DNA of 53,561 nucleotides from a virus (Duplodnaviria; Caudoviricetes): IMG/VR virus record IMGVR_UViG_3300031949_000052, positions 1 to 53,561 of that record; one strand, 5' to 3'. Shown piece by piece: positions 53,080 to 53,561 of this stretch (position 1 is its first letter; each line of letters starts with the position of its first letter). The notes under the pieces were generated by a model. It saw only the letters and a program-made list of their open reading frames with translations, ran no database searches and was not told where the DNA came from. The position numbers and the translations under genes were made by a program.

Positions 53080-53244
53080 ATGAATGAACATAGGTACAGA
53101 GGACAACTAGACGCACTGCAAGGCAAGCCGTGCAATTACGGTTGTCATATGGGGATGCGGTCAACCTTAGAACGCGACCGTGCTCAGTATTACATCGGCT
53201 GGCACGAGGTTAATATCGCAATGGCAAGCGGGGAACGCACTTAA
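53080..53244 (+). CDS. Small protein with Rmf-like pattern
   Basis: RGQLDALQGK...YYIGWHE. Confidence 0.5.
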   Translation: MNEHRYRGQLDALQGKPCNYGCHMGMRSTLERDRAQYYIGWHEVNIAMASGERT

Positions 53245-53266
53245 ACAACCTAACACGCTCTGACTT

Positions 53267-53292
53267 GGCCCCCGCAAGGGGGCTTTTCTTTT
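53267..53292 (+). terminator. Intrinsic terminator
   Basis: GCCCCC-GCAA-GGGGGC-TTTTCTTTT. Confidence 0.88.
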
Positions 53293-53334
53293 GTCTCAGC
53301 ACCATTAATTGCTCGACGCAAATCAAATGGACAT

Positions 53335-53363
53335 AAAAAAAGACACCCCGTTGCCGGGGTGCC
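53335..53363 (-). terminator. Intrinsic terminator
   Basis: - strand GGCACCCCG-GCAA-CGGGGTGTC-TTTTTTT. Confidence 0.88.
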
Positions 53364-53386
53364 AAGGTTGTTAGTCGAGGTGTTGA

Positions 53387-53549
53387 TTAGGCAGCCTTGA
53401 CCGCAGGCTTCTGACTGGTCTGCGTGTCGCGCGCCTTCTTGTCGTCTTGCTCCTTCTGGCGCTTGGCTGACCGTGCGTCGGCAAGGTCCATTGCTCGCGT
53501 CTTGAGCAATCCCTTGTCGCCGTAGTAGAAGGCGAGTTCGGTATAGATA
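53387..53549 (-). CDS. 3' end of the 495-aa protein starting at 1325
   Basis: DIYTELAFYYGDKGLLK...KPAVKAA-stop, in frame after overlap removal. Confidence 0.85.
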
Positions 53550-53561
53550 TCGAACGATGAT

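Noticed and set aside
1-53561. Stop-codon reassignment
   Set aside because: Long core genes are intact under the standard code, TAG/TGA/TAA all end genes, and no suppressor tRNA is evident
53550-53561. 12-nt repeat as att site or true terminal repeat
   Set aside because: It falls mid-gene and no integrase is present; an assembly overlap is simpler

Overview
The window appears to be a complete, circularly assembled genome of a podovirus-like dsDNA phage. The first and last 12 nt are identical (TCGAACGATGAT), and collapsing that overlap restores a 495-aa minus-strand gene across the join. There are two converging arms that meet at a bidirectional terminator near 26.3 kb. The + strand early/replication arm (about 2.2-26.2 kb) carries a T7 gp4-like primase-helicase, family A DNA polymerase, SSB, uracil-DNA glycosylase, PTH2, GGCT, a PD-(D/E)XK exonuclease, an endonuclease I-like resolvase and tRNA-Leu. 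The - strand morphogenesis/lysis arm (about 51.9-26.4 kb) carries terminase, portal, scaffold, capsid, two paralogous tail fibres, an esterase, lysozyme, tail tube proteins and ejection proteins. No phage RNA polymerase is visible, and sigma70-like promoters are present. An alphaproteobacterial host is a tentative inference. The most striking feature is a non-coding RNA locus at 16.7-21.2 kb: a continuous, hairpin-, T-loop- and pseudoknot-rich element of about 1.7 kb, a 294-nt RNA with a tRNA-like insert and AAGYUCAA repeats about 110 nt downstream of a DIP1984-like gene, and several tRNA-mimic modules. Other points of note are non-canonical start codons in core genes (ATA, CTG, ATC), a degenerate GATase/GGCT pair, an FtsZ-tail-like peptide and a GcrA-like HTH on a probable ejected protein. 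All structures and family calls were made by eye; no searches were run.
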